From: Candidatus Omnitrophota bacterium
Lineage (GTDB): Bacteria; Omnitrophota; Gorgyraeia; B26-G9
Length of the DNA: 64,000 nucleotides
Assembly (NCBI GenBank): GCA_043826565.1
Contig: JBDRPX010000030.1
Coordinates: 21,660-85,659, forward strand
Direction: 5' to 3'
Below the pieces are notes generated by a model. That model was given only the letters and a program-made list of their open reading frames with translations, was not told the origin of the DNA and ran no database searches. The position numbers and the translations under genes are program-made. Positions 1 to 9,075 of the stretch are shown here, piece by piece; the stretch's first letter is position 1, and every line of letters starts with the position of its first letter.

Positions 1-1207
1 CCAGCCCTCCTTCCGGAGAAAAAGCATTTTTTACCGTACGTAAAACATAGCCGTCCGGTTTAGGAGATTTCTTTACATAATCACCTAAAGTTCCGTAGAT
101 AGTCTTAGTTTTAAGATTCAATGATGTCTTCCCTCCGTCATAAACAGATCTTAAGATTGCACCCATGCCGCCGATCTTATGCACATGTTCTAAATGGATC
201 TCCGGACGTGAAGGAGCGATCTTTATTACATTAGCCGTTGTTCTGGAAAGTTGATTTAAACGCGTTAGATCATACTTTATTCCCGCTTCATGAGCCAATG
301 CCAGGACATGAAGCACGGTATTAGTTGAGCCCCCCATGGCCATATCCAGAATAAACGCATTATCAATAGAATCTTTAGTTAAAATATCTAAAGGCCGAAT
401 ATTATTTTTCTGCAGTTGGACAATTTTTTTCGCGGCCTGCTTAAACAATTCAATACGTTTAGGATTTAACTTGAACTGTCTGGTCTGTCCTTTTACCCGG
501 CTTGTTGCCGGAATCGTCCCATTGCCGGGCAAAGCAAAGCCTAAGACTTCTCCCAGACAATTCATGGAATTTGCCGTAAACATTCCGGAACAGCTTCCAT
601 ATCCCGGACAGGCAGACTCGGTTAATTGTTCGAGTTTCTTACGGGACATTTTTCCCACGCTATTTTCTCCCACCCCTTCAAAAACCGAAATAAGATCTGT
701 GTTGCCGCAGCCGGCAAGCATTGGCCCGCCGCTGACATACATCGCCGGGATATTTATTCTCACCATAGCATTATACATAGCCGGAACAATCTTATCGCAG
801 TTACCAATCCCGATCCAGGCATCACAAGGATGCGCTCCCATAATCGTCTCTATCTGATCGCAAATCAATTCCCGGGAGGCTAAAGAATATTTCATGCCGA
901 AATGCCCCATGGCAATACCGTCACAAACCGCGGCTCCGATATTGGTATACCAGACATTTACGCCTTGTTTTTCCAGCTCTTTTTTTAAAATAGCTCCCAA
1001 TTGATCTAAGTGCGCATGTCCCGGAATCTGTGTTGTATATGAATTAACTATCGTAATAAAAGGTTTTTTAAGATCCTTAAGGTTTTTCATAACCCCTTCG
1101 GCGAGCATCAAAGATACATTCGGCAGCATATGATTGCCTTCTCTAAATACGCCACTGCCCTTTTTCCTGACATTCTCAATCCCCGGATTAACTGCCTTTC
1201 CCTTCAT
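1..1207 (-). CDS. ilvD: Dihydroxy-acid dehydratase (3' end runs off window)
   Basis: Not in the ORF track; translated by hand from ATG 1207 with AGGAG SD: ...KPFITIVNSYTTQIPGHAHL...VCDGIAMGHFGMKYSLASRELI...NCDKIVPAM...PGYGSCSGMFTANSMNC...MGGSTNTVLH, all canonical IlvD motifs. Confidence 0.95.
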   Translation of the reverse strand, partial: MKGKAVNPGIENVRKKGSGVFREGNHMLPNVSLMLAEGVMKNLKDLKKPFITIVNSYTTQIPGHAHLDQLGAILKKELEKQGVNVWYTNIGAAVCDGIAMGHFGMKYSLASRELICDQIETIMGAHPCDAWIGIGNCDKIVPAMYNAMVRINIPAMYVSGGPMLAGCGNTDLISVFEGVGENSVGKMSRKKLEQLTESACPGYGSCSGMFTANSMNCLGEVLGFALPGNGTIPATSRVKGQTRQFKLNPKRIELFKQAAKKIVQLQKNNIRPLDILTKDSIDNAFILDMAMGGSTNTVLHVLALAHEAGIKYDLTRLNQLSRTTANVIKIAPSRPEIHLEHVHKIGGMGAILRSVYDGGKTSLNLKTKTIYGTLGDYVKKSPKPDGYVLRTVKNAFSPEGGL

Positions 1208-1279
1208 TTCTAGTCTCCTTAATTTGCGTTAGCAAATTAACCTCGAACCCGCCAAAGTGAGAGGTCTTTGCCTTTGAAT

Positions 1280-1308
1280 ATTATATCGCCACAATAATTA
1301 AATACCAA
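1280..1308 (-). promoter_or_regulatory. Putative sigma70 promoter for ilvD
   Basis: TTGGTA-N17-TATAAT on the minus strand. Confidence 0.55.
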
Positions 1309-1336
1309 GGAAAATTTAGGTCATTCTTATTTAGTG

Positions 1337-1373
1337 TATCTATGTAATCTGGTTTTTAATCACTGCAATCAGG
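1337..1373. repeat. AATC-periodic intergenic repeat, copy 1
   Basis: TGTAATC-TGGTTTTTAATC-ACTGCAATC-AGG; similar copies at 2707 and 12306. Confidence 0.6.
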
Positions 1374-1413
1374 TTCTTTCAAGTTTACAAAAAACAAGAA
1401 AGAACCAAAAAAT

Positions 1414-1442
1414 TTGCAAAGTTGAAAATTGTATGGTATATT
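1414..1442 (+). promoter_or_regulatory. Putative sigma70 promoter (extended -10) for the 1497 gene
   Basis: TTGCAA-N17-TATATT with TG before the -10. Confidence 0.5.
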
Positions 1443-1496
1443 TTAAAATCTTTTTAAAACAGTTAATTTATCTGATTTTCAAATGGGGGCCTGGAG

Positions 1497-2216
1497 ATGA
1501 AAAATTTATTAATTACAGCCATAATATTAATTGTCATTTCAACGGGAAACATCACACAGGCAGCAGAGCTTAATACCGATACAAACAATAGCGTTATACC
1601 TTTTTTTGCACAGTCTTTAGAAGCTGTCTATTGCTCAGTAGCCTTACATGAATTAGGCCATTACACAGAAGCTCAGCAGATAAGTATCGCTCCCAGAATA
1701 AAACTCGGATTTATCCGCTCCAAAGCAAAAAACGGCAGTTCTTCCTATTACCTGGGGAAAACTTCCTATGAAAAATACCCGGACAAGCCGCAAGTCCGGG
1801 CAAAATTAGCGCTAGCCGGACTAGAATCCAGCGGGTTTACCTATGAAACACTTAATCAAAAAGTTAAAGACGGACAAATTAACGACCGGTTCAGCAGCAT
1901 GCTCGCGCTTGTATGTAAAAATGACTTCCCCAGTTACGCCCTGCTGCATAAGCTAAAACAAACACCTGATCCCAGCAATGATATTGAAAATTATATCCAG
2001 AACTCCGGAGCGGATAAAAATTTTGTTTATACCGCGGCTGTTTTGGATATCCTTTTTAATATACGGGAAATCGCCTTTCATACAAAAAGAATTTTTGGAC
2101 ACTCCGCTGAATTTCCCGAAGAAAAAGAATTATTAGGATTCCGGACAAAACCCACAGTATTTGTAAAAAGAAACATGGGTATCGCCATCGGCGTAAACTT
2201 GAAAAAAACCTGGTAA
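1497..2216 (+). CDS. Secreted hypothetical protein with HExxH motif (possible zincin-type metallopeptidase)
   Basis: GGAG SD, Sec signal peptide, ALHELGH motif, C-terminal Trp. Confidence 0.6.
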   Translation: MKNLLITAIILIVISTGNITQAAELNTDTNNSVIPFFAQSLEAVYCSVALHELGHYTEAQQISIAPRIKLGFIRSKAKNGSSSYYLGKTSYEKYPDKPQVRAKLALAGLESSGFTYETLNQKVKDGQINDRFSSMLALVCKNDFPSYALLHKLKQTPDPSNDIENYIQNSGADKNFVYTAAVLDILFNIREIAFHTKRIFGHSAEFPEEKELLGFRTKPTVFVKRNMGIAIGVNLKKTW

Positions 2217-2247
2217 GAATCCGGACACAATCCCTAAAACCAAATTC

Positions 2248-2625
2248 TCAATTATCTATTGATCTTTCGCCTTGCTTCTTTTTTAAATAGGCTTCTAACT
2301 CATCCGGAGTAGAAAACATCACATCATAAAATTTTCCGTGAAGTTCACACGCCGGCGGATTATGTTTACGGCATTTATCCGGACGGTTTTCATAGATGGA
2401 ACAACGGCTCTCCGGAGTCAAATATATACATTTTCCTGCTACCCATTGATACCAGCGGCGGTGGCGGATATATACCTTCACTGTATCAAAATGAAGCTGC
2501 CATTTCAAGTCATCTAATTCCTGCCGGTTCGCCGGCCGGCCGATTTGCAGGGCAAGATTATTACAGCATATTGCCGGACAATCATTACAGCCTTTTATTG
2601 TTGTTTTGCCTTTTTTAGAACTCAT
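2248..2625 (-). CDS. YkgJ-family CxxCxxCC Zn/Fe-chelating protein
   Basis: CNDCPAICC...CIYL...CSIYENRPDKCR pattern. Confidence 0.85.
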   Translation of the reverse strand: MSSKKGKTTIKGCNDCPAICCNNLALQIGRPANRQELDDLKWQLHFDTVKVYIRHRRWYQWVAGKCIYLTPESRCSIYENRPDKCRKHNPPACELHGKFYDVMFSTPDELEAYLKKKQGERSIDN

Positions 2626-2650
2626 TTAATTGACTCCTGCTCAACTTTGT

Positions 2651-2689
2651 AAAATACCCTCTATGATCTGCTTATATCATAGAGGGTAT
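2651..2689 (-). terminator. Intrinsic terminator after the slyD-rpsU-RRM operon
   Basis: ATACCCTCTATGAT/ATCATAGAGGGTAT inverted repeat followed by a T-run on the minus strand. Confidence 0.7.
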
Positions 2690-2706
2690 CTATATTAAAC
2701 TTAGAC

Positions 2707-2743
2707 AATCACTGTAATCTGCTTTTTAATCATTGTAATCAGG
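2707..2743. repeat. AATC-periodic intergenic repeat, copy 2
   Basis: AATC-ACTGTAATC-TGCTTTTTAATC-ATTGTAATC-AGG. Confidence 0.6.
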
Positions 2744-2783
2744 GGCATTATCTAATTTTTCAACCTAAATAAGAATGTCCCCA

Positions 2784-3116
2784 TTACCAGCGTTTTGGCT
2801 GACGATCCTGTCCGCCTCTAAATCCGCCGCCGCTACTGCCGCCGCCAGTAGAATTATCACGTTTTCTGGCCTGACTTACTTTTAAAGCACGGCCGTTTAT
2901 CTGCTGGCCATTAAGCATTTCTATGGCCTGATCAGGGTTTGCATCTGAAGCGAGTTCCACAAACCCGAACCCTTTGGATCTGTCGGTATACTTGTCTTTT
3001 ATAATACGCACTGATTGCGCGGTAACACCTTTTTCAGAACAAAAACTGCTTAATTCATCTTCGGTTAAAGTATAATCCAGATTTCCTACATATAATTTAT
3101 TACCTTCGTCACTCAT
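2784..3116 (-). CDS. RRM RNA-binding protein with Gly-rich tail
   Basis: RNP2 LYVGNL, RNP1 KGFGFVE, GGG-rich C-terminus. Confidence 0.93.
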   Translation of the reverse strand: MSDEGNKLYVGNLDYTLTEDELSSFCSEKGVTAQSVRIIKDKYTDRSKGFGFVELASDANPDQAIEMLNGQQINGRALKVSQARKRDNSTGGGSSGGGFRGGQDRQPKRW

Positions 3117-3144
3117 CGTATCCCTTTCTAATGTCCCGGCCGAA

Positions 3145-3333
3145 TTAACCGTTTTGTTTGTTCCGTATTGTGCGTTTACGCTTCATGGCATCCTGGCGTT
3201 TTTGAATCGACGGTTTTGTATAGTGACGTCTTTCCTTAACTGCCTGCAAAATACCTTCTTTTTTACAGCGTAATTTAAAAAATCGTATTGCTTTCTCCAG
3301 ATCATCTTTATTGTGTACAGTAACTTGTGCCAT
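3145..3333 (-). CDS. rpsU: 30S ribosomal protein S21
   Basis: LEKAIRFFK...EGILQAVKERRHYTKPS. Confidence 0.93.
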   Translation of the reverse strand: MAQVTVHNKDDLEKAIRFFKLRCKKEGILQAVKERRHYTKPSIQKRQDAMKRKRTIRNKQNG

Positions 3334-3345
3334 AACATTCTCCTT

Positions 3346-3867
3346 TTATATGATTTCTACCACCGTAACTTCAAAATGCAATTCTTTACCGGCAAGCGGA
3401 TGATTGAAGTTCAAAACTACGGAACCTTCGCTTACCTTATCAATAACCGCAGGGTATGACCCGCCTTCAGGGGTACCCACGGAAATCATTTGTCCTTCTT
3501 TTAAAGGAATATTTTCCGGAAATTCAGCCTTGGGAACTTCCTTAAAGGCATCCGGCTTGACTTCTCCGTAAGCTTCCGCAGCAGCAACAACAACCGATTT
3601 ATGATCGCCAACTTTTAAGCCTTCCATCTGCTTCTCTAATCCCTTAATGATTTTGCCTTCTCCCTGCACATATTCAAGAGGGCCAGTGTTCTGGGAACTG
3701 TCTACTTTCTGCCCATCAACTGTAAGAACATAATCAAATTTTACTGTTTTTCCAGCTGCAATCATTTTTTGCTCCTCCTTAACTTCTGTCCCGGCATATA
3801 CCGGCGTAGTCATAGCAAAACTGCAAAGTATTATACCAGAGCAGAAAATACTTATTAATCGTCTCAT
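3346..3867 (-). CDS. slyD: FKBP-type peptidyl-prolyl isomerase (SlyD-like) with N-terminal signal peptide
   Basis: PLEYVQGEGKIIKGLE, EAYG, NFNHPLAGKELHFEV; no His-rich tail; second possible start at 3765. Confidence 0.88.
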   Translation of the reverse strand: MRRLISIFCSGIILCSFAMTTPVYAGTEVKEEQKMIAAGKTVKFDYVLTVDGQKVDSSQNTGPLEYVQGEGKIIKGLEKQMEGLKVGDHKSVVVAAAEAYGEVKPDAFKEVPKAEFPENIPLKEGQMISVGTPEGGSYPAVIDKVSEGSVVLNFNHPLAGKELHFEVTVVEII

Positions 3868-3951
3868 TTTATTTTTCTATCCCCCCTTCAAGCTGAAGCT
3901 GCCGGACAAATCCCCTTAAGCCCCATTATTGCTTGTACTTAGTAGCTGTTT

Positions 3952-3980
3952 ATTATGTACTACGATAACCTGTTTGTCAA
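3952..3980 (-). promoter_or_regulatory. Putative sigma70 promoter for slyD-rpsU-RRM
   Basis: TTGACA-N17-CATAAT. Confidence 0.65.
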
Positions 3981-4042
3981 AGGATAATATAATATTATAT
4001 CCCAAAAACAGCATTAATACAAATTTACCTGATAAGTTTATT

Positions 4043-7000
4043 TTATTCAGTCTTGCTATAATCCATCTGAGCAAGATACTGATACCTCTTAAACCGGGCT
4101 TTTACTTCCGCCTGGGATAAATCAAGCAGCATTTTCGCGCGTTCCGGGTTCATCAACTTAAGAGCTTTAAACCGATTTTCCTGATAGATATACTCCTCTA
4201 ACGGAATCGTCGGTTCCTTACTATCAAGCTGCAGCGGATTTTTACCTTCTTTTTCCAGGTCTGGATTAAATCTCAGCAATACCCAGTATCCGGAGTCAAC
4301 CGCCCGCTTCTGAGCATCTATGCCTTTGGTCATATTAATTCCATGCGCGATACAATGTGTATACGCAATAATAATCGAAGGGCCGTCATAAGCCTCAGCT
4401 TCCATAAAAGCTTTCTGAACCTGGGCTGGATTAGCGCCCATGGCAATGCGCGCGACATAAACATTCCCATAAGTCATGGCCAAATAAGCCAGATCTTTTT
4501 TAAATAACGGTTTTCCCGCGGCCGCGAATTTAGCAATCGCTCCCATGGGCGTAGCTTTAGACATCTGTCCCCCGGTATTTGAATAAACTTCGGTATCCAA
4601 AACCAAAACATTAACGTTCTTGCCCGAAGCTAAAACATGATCAAGCCCGCCGTATCCGATATCATAAGCCCATCCGTCACCCCCAAGTATCCAAACGCTT
4701 TTTGCTACTAAATATTCCAATATCCCCAACAGCTCTTTTATTTTTGGATTGGCTGCTTTTGCTTCTAAAACTTTTTTTACTTTTGCTACCCGGTCTCTCT
4801 GCTCTTCAATCTGCAGTTGGGTTTTCTGTTCCGCGCTAAGTATATCACTACAATCCTGAGTACATTCCGGACACAATTTCGCGTCATTAATCTCTTTAAG
4901 CAAAGCCCGCGCTCTTTCGCTAAGCTGATCAACTGCCAGCCTCATCCCAAAACCAAACTCAGCATTATCTTCAAATAAAGAGTTTGACCAAGCCGGGCCT
5001 TTACCATCTTCACGTGTACAATATGGTGTCGTCGGCAAATTCCCGCCGTAAATCGAAGAACATCCCGTAGCATTAGCGATCATCGCGCGATCACCAAAAA
5101 GCTGGGTCATAAGTTTTACATAAGGAGTTTCGCCGCAGCCGGCGCAAGCTCCGGAGAACTCAAACAACGGACGCATTAACTGCGCGCCTTTTACCGTATT
5201 CAGGCCAATCGGTAAATCCTTAACTTTCATATCCGGGATGGACAGGAAAAATTCAAAATTTTTCTTTTCCGAATCACGCAGTTCAACCTGAGAGGCCATG
5301 TTAATCGCTTTTTTACCTGTCGGCTGTTTACTCTCATCTTTTTCAAAAGCCGGACACTTATTCACACAGGCGCCGCAGCCGGTACAATCTTCCGGAGCAA
5401 CCTGTAAAGTAAATGATTTACGCTCTAAACCTTTACCACTAGCCGGGATGGACTTGAAAGTTTCCGGTGCTTTTTTAACTAAATCAGAATCATATATTTT
5501 CATCCGGATAACTCCATGCGGACACACAAAACTGCACTGCCCGCACTGAATACAAACTTCCGGGATCCATTCCGGGATCTGCACGGCAATATTCCGTTTT
5601 TCATATTGCGATGTAGCTGTCGGCCAGGTTCCGTCAATCGGAAATGCCGAGACCGGCAGTTCATCACCGCGGCCGGCAATAATCGATGCCGTAACATTTT
5701 TCACAAATTCCGGAGCATTATCCGGCACAATAGCCGGAATAGTAATTATACTGGTTACTTTCTCCGGAACCGCAACCTGTTCGATCGCGGCAAGTCCGGC
5801 ATCCACAGCCTTATTGTTCATATCCACAACTTTTTCACCTTTATCACCATAGGTTTTCTTGATCGCGGTCTTAATCGCTTCTACTGCTTTTTCCACCGGG
5901 ATAATGTTGCTGATCTTAAAGAACGCGGTCTGCATAATCACATTGATTCTTGCTCCCAAACCGATCTTTTCCGCAAGTTCATAGGCCTGGATAACATAGA
6001 ATTTCAGTTTTTTCGCGATGATTTGCTTCTGCACTTCCTGCGGGATCTTGTCCCAAACTTCATCCTTGCCGTAAGGACTGGCTAAAAGAAATGTTGCCCC
6101 TTGGTCAGCTCCGGAAAGCATATCATATTTTTCTAAAAAACTAAAGTTATGACACGCGACAAAATTAGCTCTCTGAATCAAGTAGGTACTGTTGATCGGC
6201 TTTTTACCGAATCTTAAATGCGATACTGTTCTTGAACCGGCTTTTTTAGAGTCATAAACAAAATAACCCTGCACAAAATTATCCGTCAGATCACCGATTA
6301 TTTTAATTGAGTTTTTATTCGCTCCCACGGTGCCGTCCGAACCTAATCCGTAAAAAACTCCCCGGAATGTTTCCGGGTCTTCCGCGGAAAAACAATCATC
6401 AGTCACAATGCTGGTATTGGTCACATCATCATTAATTCCGACAGTAAAATGATTTTTCGGCTTTGGCTGTGCCAGATTATCGAATATTGCCTTAACCATG
6501 CAGGCATTAAACTCTTTTGAACCTAATCCATATCTTCCACCGATAATCTTAGGCCATTCTTTAAATTTAGCTATTCCGCTTTCTAATGCCTCTCCGATCG
6601 CCGAACGTACATCCAGATATAAAGGCTCACCGATCGCCCCCGGCTCTTTAGTCCTATCCAAAACCGCGATCTTTTTTGTTGTCTGCGGAAGAGCTTTAGC
6701 AAAATGTTCTACAGAAAACGGACGGTATAATTTAATTTTCACCACTCCGACTTTCTCGCCGTTTTTATTCAACTGTTTAACTGTTTCCTCTACCGGGCCG
6801 GCTCCGGAGCCCATGATCACAATAATATTTTCCGCCTGAGGATCTCCGACATATTCAAAAAGCTTATACTGACGGCCGGCCTGCTTGGCAAAACGGTCCA
6901 TAACATCCTGCACAATACCGGCAGCCTTATCATAATATTGGTTAACCGTTTCTCTTTCCTGAAAAAAAACATCCGGGTTCTGTGAAGTTCCTTTAATCGT

Positions 7001-7639
7001 CGGGCAATCCGGAGTAAGCGCTCTTTTTCTATGCGCGTAAACAAATTCATCCTTAATAACCGCTCTCATATCATCAAAGCTTAATTCTTCAATCTTTTGA
7101 ATTTCATGAGAAGTCCGAAACCCGTCATAAGTCATAATAAAAGGAATGCGCGATTCCAATGTCGCGGCCTGAGCAATTAAGCTGATATCCATTACTTCCT
7201 GAACATTTTCCCCGAATAATATCGCAAATCCCGTAGACCGCGCCGCCATAATATCCGAATGATCACAGAAAATTGATAAGGCATGCGAAGCCAAAGTACG
7301 CGCAGTCACATAAAATACCGTGGGGGTTAATTCCCCGGCAATTTTAAACATATTCGGAATCATTAACAGCAATCCCTGCGACGCGGTAAAAGTCGTGGTC
7401 AGGCTGCCCGCGCTTAAAGCCCCGTGCACCGCCCCGGAAGCCCCGCCTTCGGACTGTAATTCCGATACACTCGGGATCTGTCCCCATATATTTTTTTCCT
7501 TATTGGCAGACTTCTCATCAGCCATTTCTCCAACTCCGGAAGAAGGAGTAATCGGATATATCGCGATAACTTCATTAGTCGCATGAGCCACATATGCCGC
7601 AGCCGTATTTCCGTCAATCGCAATTTTTCTTCGTGCCAT
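4043..7639 (-). CDS. nifJ: Pyruvate:ferredoxin (flavodoxin) oxidoreductase, single chain
   Basis: YPITPS, GLGSDGTVGANK, two CxxCxxCxxxCP ferredoxin motifs, GACAGCGETPY, GGDGWAYDIG TPP motif. Confidence 0.97.
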   Translation of the reverse strand: MARRKIAIDGNTAAAYVAHATNEVIAIYPITPSSGVGEMADEKSANKEKNIWGQIPSVSELQSEGGASGAVHGALSAGSLTTTFTASQGLLLMIPNMFKIAGELTPTVFYVTARTLASHALSIFCDHSDIMAARSTGFAILFGENVQEVMDISLIAQAATLESRIPFIMTYDGFRTSHEIQKIEELSFDDMRAVIKDEFVYAHRKRALTPDCPTIKGTSQNPDVFFQERETVNQYYDKAAGIVQDVMDRFAKQAGRQYKLFEYVGDPQAENIIVIMGSGAGPVEETVKQLNKNGEKVGVVKIKLYRPFSVEHFAKALPQTTKKIAVLDRTKEPGAIGEPLYLDVRSAIGEALESGIAKFKEWPKIIGGRYGLGSKEFNACMVKAIFDNLAQPKPKNHFTVGINDDVTNTSIVTDDCFSAEDPETFRGVFYGLGSDGTVGANKNSIKIIGDLTDNFVQGYFVYDSKKAGSRTVSHLRFGKKPINSTYLIQRANFVACHNFSFLEKYDMLSGADQGATFLLASPYGKDEVWDKIPQEVQKQIIAKKLKFYVIQAYELAEKIGLGARINVIMQTAFFKISNIIPVEKAVEAIKTAIKKTYGDKGEKVVDMNNKAVDAGLAAIEQVAVPEKVTSIITIPAIVPDNAPEFVKNVTASIIAGRGDELPVSAFPIDGTWPTATSQYEKRNIAVQIPEWIPEVCIQCGQCSFVCPHGVIRMKIYDSDLVKKAPETFKSIPASGKGLERKSFTLQVAPEDCTGCGACVNKCPAFEKDESKQPTGKKAINMASQVELRDSEKKNFEFFLSIPDMKVKDLPIGLNTVKGAQLMRPLFEFSGACAGCGETPYVKLMTQLFGDRAMIANATGCSSIYGGNLPTTPYCTREDGKGPAWSNSLFEDNAEFGFGMRLAVDQLSERARALLKEINDAKLCPECTQDCSDILSAEQKTQLQIEEQRDRVAKVKKVLEAKAANPKIKELLGILEYLVAKSVWILGGDGWAYDIGYGGLDHVLASGKNVNVLVLDTEVYSNTGGQMSKATPMGAIAKFAAAGKPLFKKDLAYLAMTYGNVYVARIAMGANPAQVQKAFMEAEAYDGPSIIIAYTHCIAHGINMTKGIDAQKRAVDSGYWVLLRFNPDLEKEGKNPLQLDSKEPTIPLEEYIYQENRFKALKLMNPERAKMLLDLSQAEVKARFKRYQYLAQMDYSKTE

Positions 7640-7860
7640 TTTTTCCTCCTTAATGAAACCATTATTTATGGAACATCGTGATTATAAATATACTGGTTGA
7701 ATTAAGCCTCGCCATATTTTTGGCGGGCAAATTATTATCCTAAAACAGTACAAAGGAATCCTATTTATGGATTCCTTTTTCAAACGAAAATTGCCCCTCC
7801 TGGGCTAAAGGGCAGCTCGAATAAAGACAAAAGCCCCCCCCCTTTTAGAACTAGAAGATT

Positions 7861-7889
7861 ATTATAGCAAATTCAAAAGGTAAAATCAA
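7861..7889 (-). promoter_or_regulatory. Putative strong sigma70 promoter for nifJ
   Basis: TTGATT-N17-TATAAT with TGn extended -10. Confidence 0.65.
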
Positions 7890-8135
7890 GGAGATTTTAT
7901 AAATTAAGCACTTCTGTCTACCGGTTAGGGTTAGGAAACCCGTATCGGTTTAGGTTCTCCGGTTACGGCTAAAAAGCCGAAAAACTTTACCGTAAAACGA
8001 TACGGGCATCGTTACCGTTAAACGATAAACGGAGAATAAAGTCTGTCAACTTAAATACACTGAATATACTCTTATAAATAGTACAGTTAGATTACTTAAT
8101 TTTAAAATAGCCGGACACTAGTGATAAATTAGGCA

Positions 8136-9050
8136 TTATTCCTCGGCAAAGGTAATATCATAAGGTTCCGGACGGCCCAAATTCTTACTCAGGTTATTAA
8201 CTTCCCGTTTTAACTCGATCATTCTTGTTTCCCGGCCCACAGACATAGACTTAAACAATTGCAGGTCATCTAAGGTATTTTTCATCTTTTCTTCAGCTGA
8301 TTTACGATCCGTAATCTCAATCCCCATGCCCACAAGATATGCCTGCCCCTTGATTTCGGCAATTAATCCGGTAAAATAATAAGCTATTTTTTTCCCTTGT
8401 TTTGTTGTGAAAAAAGCTTCCACCTCCGCTTTGCCTTCATCAAAAACCTTCTGCACAGCTACGACGACCCGCTCCCTATCTTCCCCTTCAAAAAAATCAG
8501 CCGGACTCATATCTTTGAGATCTTCAATCGAATATCCGGATACTACCATAAAATTATCATTCCACTGCAATAATTTACCCTGACTATCAAATAGATAAAA
8601 AACCCCGGGCAGACTATTGACCAGAGCTTTGGAGAAATTTTTTTCATCAATAAGCGCCTGTTCTGCTTTTTTGTGATCAGAAATATCTTCCCCGGAACTG
8701 AGAACCCCGGAAATATTTCCCGCATTATCTCTTAACAAACTATTATGCCAGGCAATAACCCTTTCTTCTCCCGATTTTGTTAATATCGAATTCTCATAAT
8801 ACTCGACCGGCTCTATTTCTCCACACATTAACTTTGCAAAAACTTCTTTTACCGTACCCTTTATATTTTTCGGCACGCAAATATCAAACCAGTTTTCCCC
8901 CACAATTTCATCCTCTTTATAACCTAATACTGCACAACCTTTTTTATTTATCCGGACAACCCCTCCCTGATCATTAAGGACAACTAATATTGTCCCCGCC
9001 ATCTGAAAATACTGTTCTGCTAAAGACGTTCTTTCTTTATCACTTTTCAT
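8136..9050 (-). CDS. Tandem PAS/PAC sensor protein without catalytic output domain
   Basis: Two PAS-PAC units (EDISD, EITDRK ends) and a C-terminal GRETRMIELKREVN coiled coil. Confidence 0.85.
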   Translation of the reverse strand: MKSDKERTSLAEQYFQMAGTILVVLNDQGGVVRINKKGCAVLGYKEDEIVGENWFDICVPKNIKGTVKEVFAKLMCGEIEPVEYYENSILTKSGEERVIAWHNSLLRDNAGNISGVLSSGEDISDHKKAEQALIDEKNFSKALVNSLPGVFYLFDSQGKLLQWNDNFMVVSGYSIEDLKDMSPADFFEGEDRERVVVAVQKVFDEGKAEVEAFFTTKQGKKIAYYFTGLIAEIKGQAYLVGMGIEITDRKSAEEKMKNTLDDLQLFKSMSVGRETRMIELKREVNNLSKNLGRPEPYDITFAEE

Positions 9051-9075
9051 AATTCACCCCTTAAGGTTAAACTGG

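Noticed and set aside
336-883. Plus-strand ORFs 336-857 and 626-883, and the many other short antisense or nested ORFs in the track
   Set aside because: They are shadows of well-supported minus-strand genes and show no recognisable motifs.
7925-7935. Telomere-like TTAGGGTTAGG
   Set aside because: Fewer than two full units; most likely chance.
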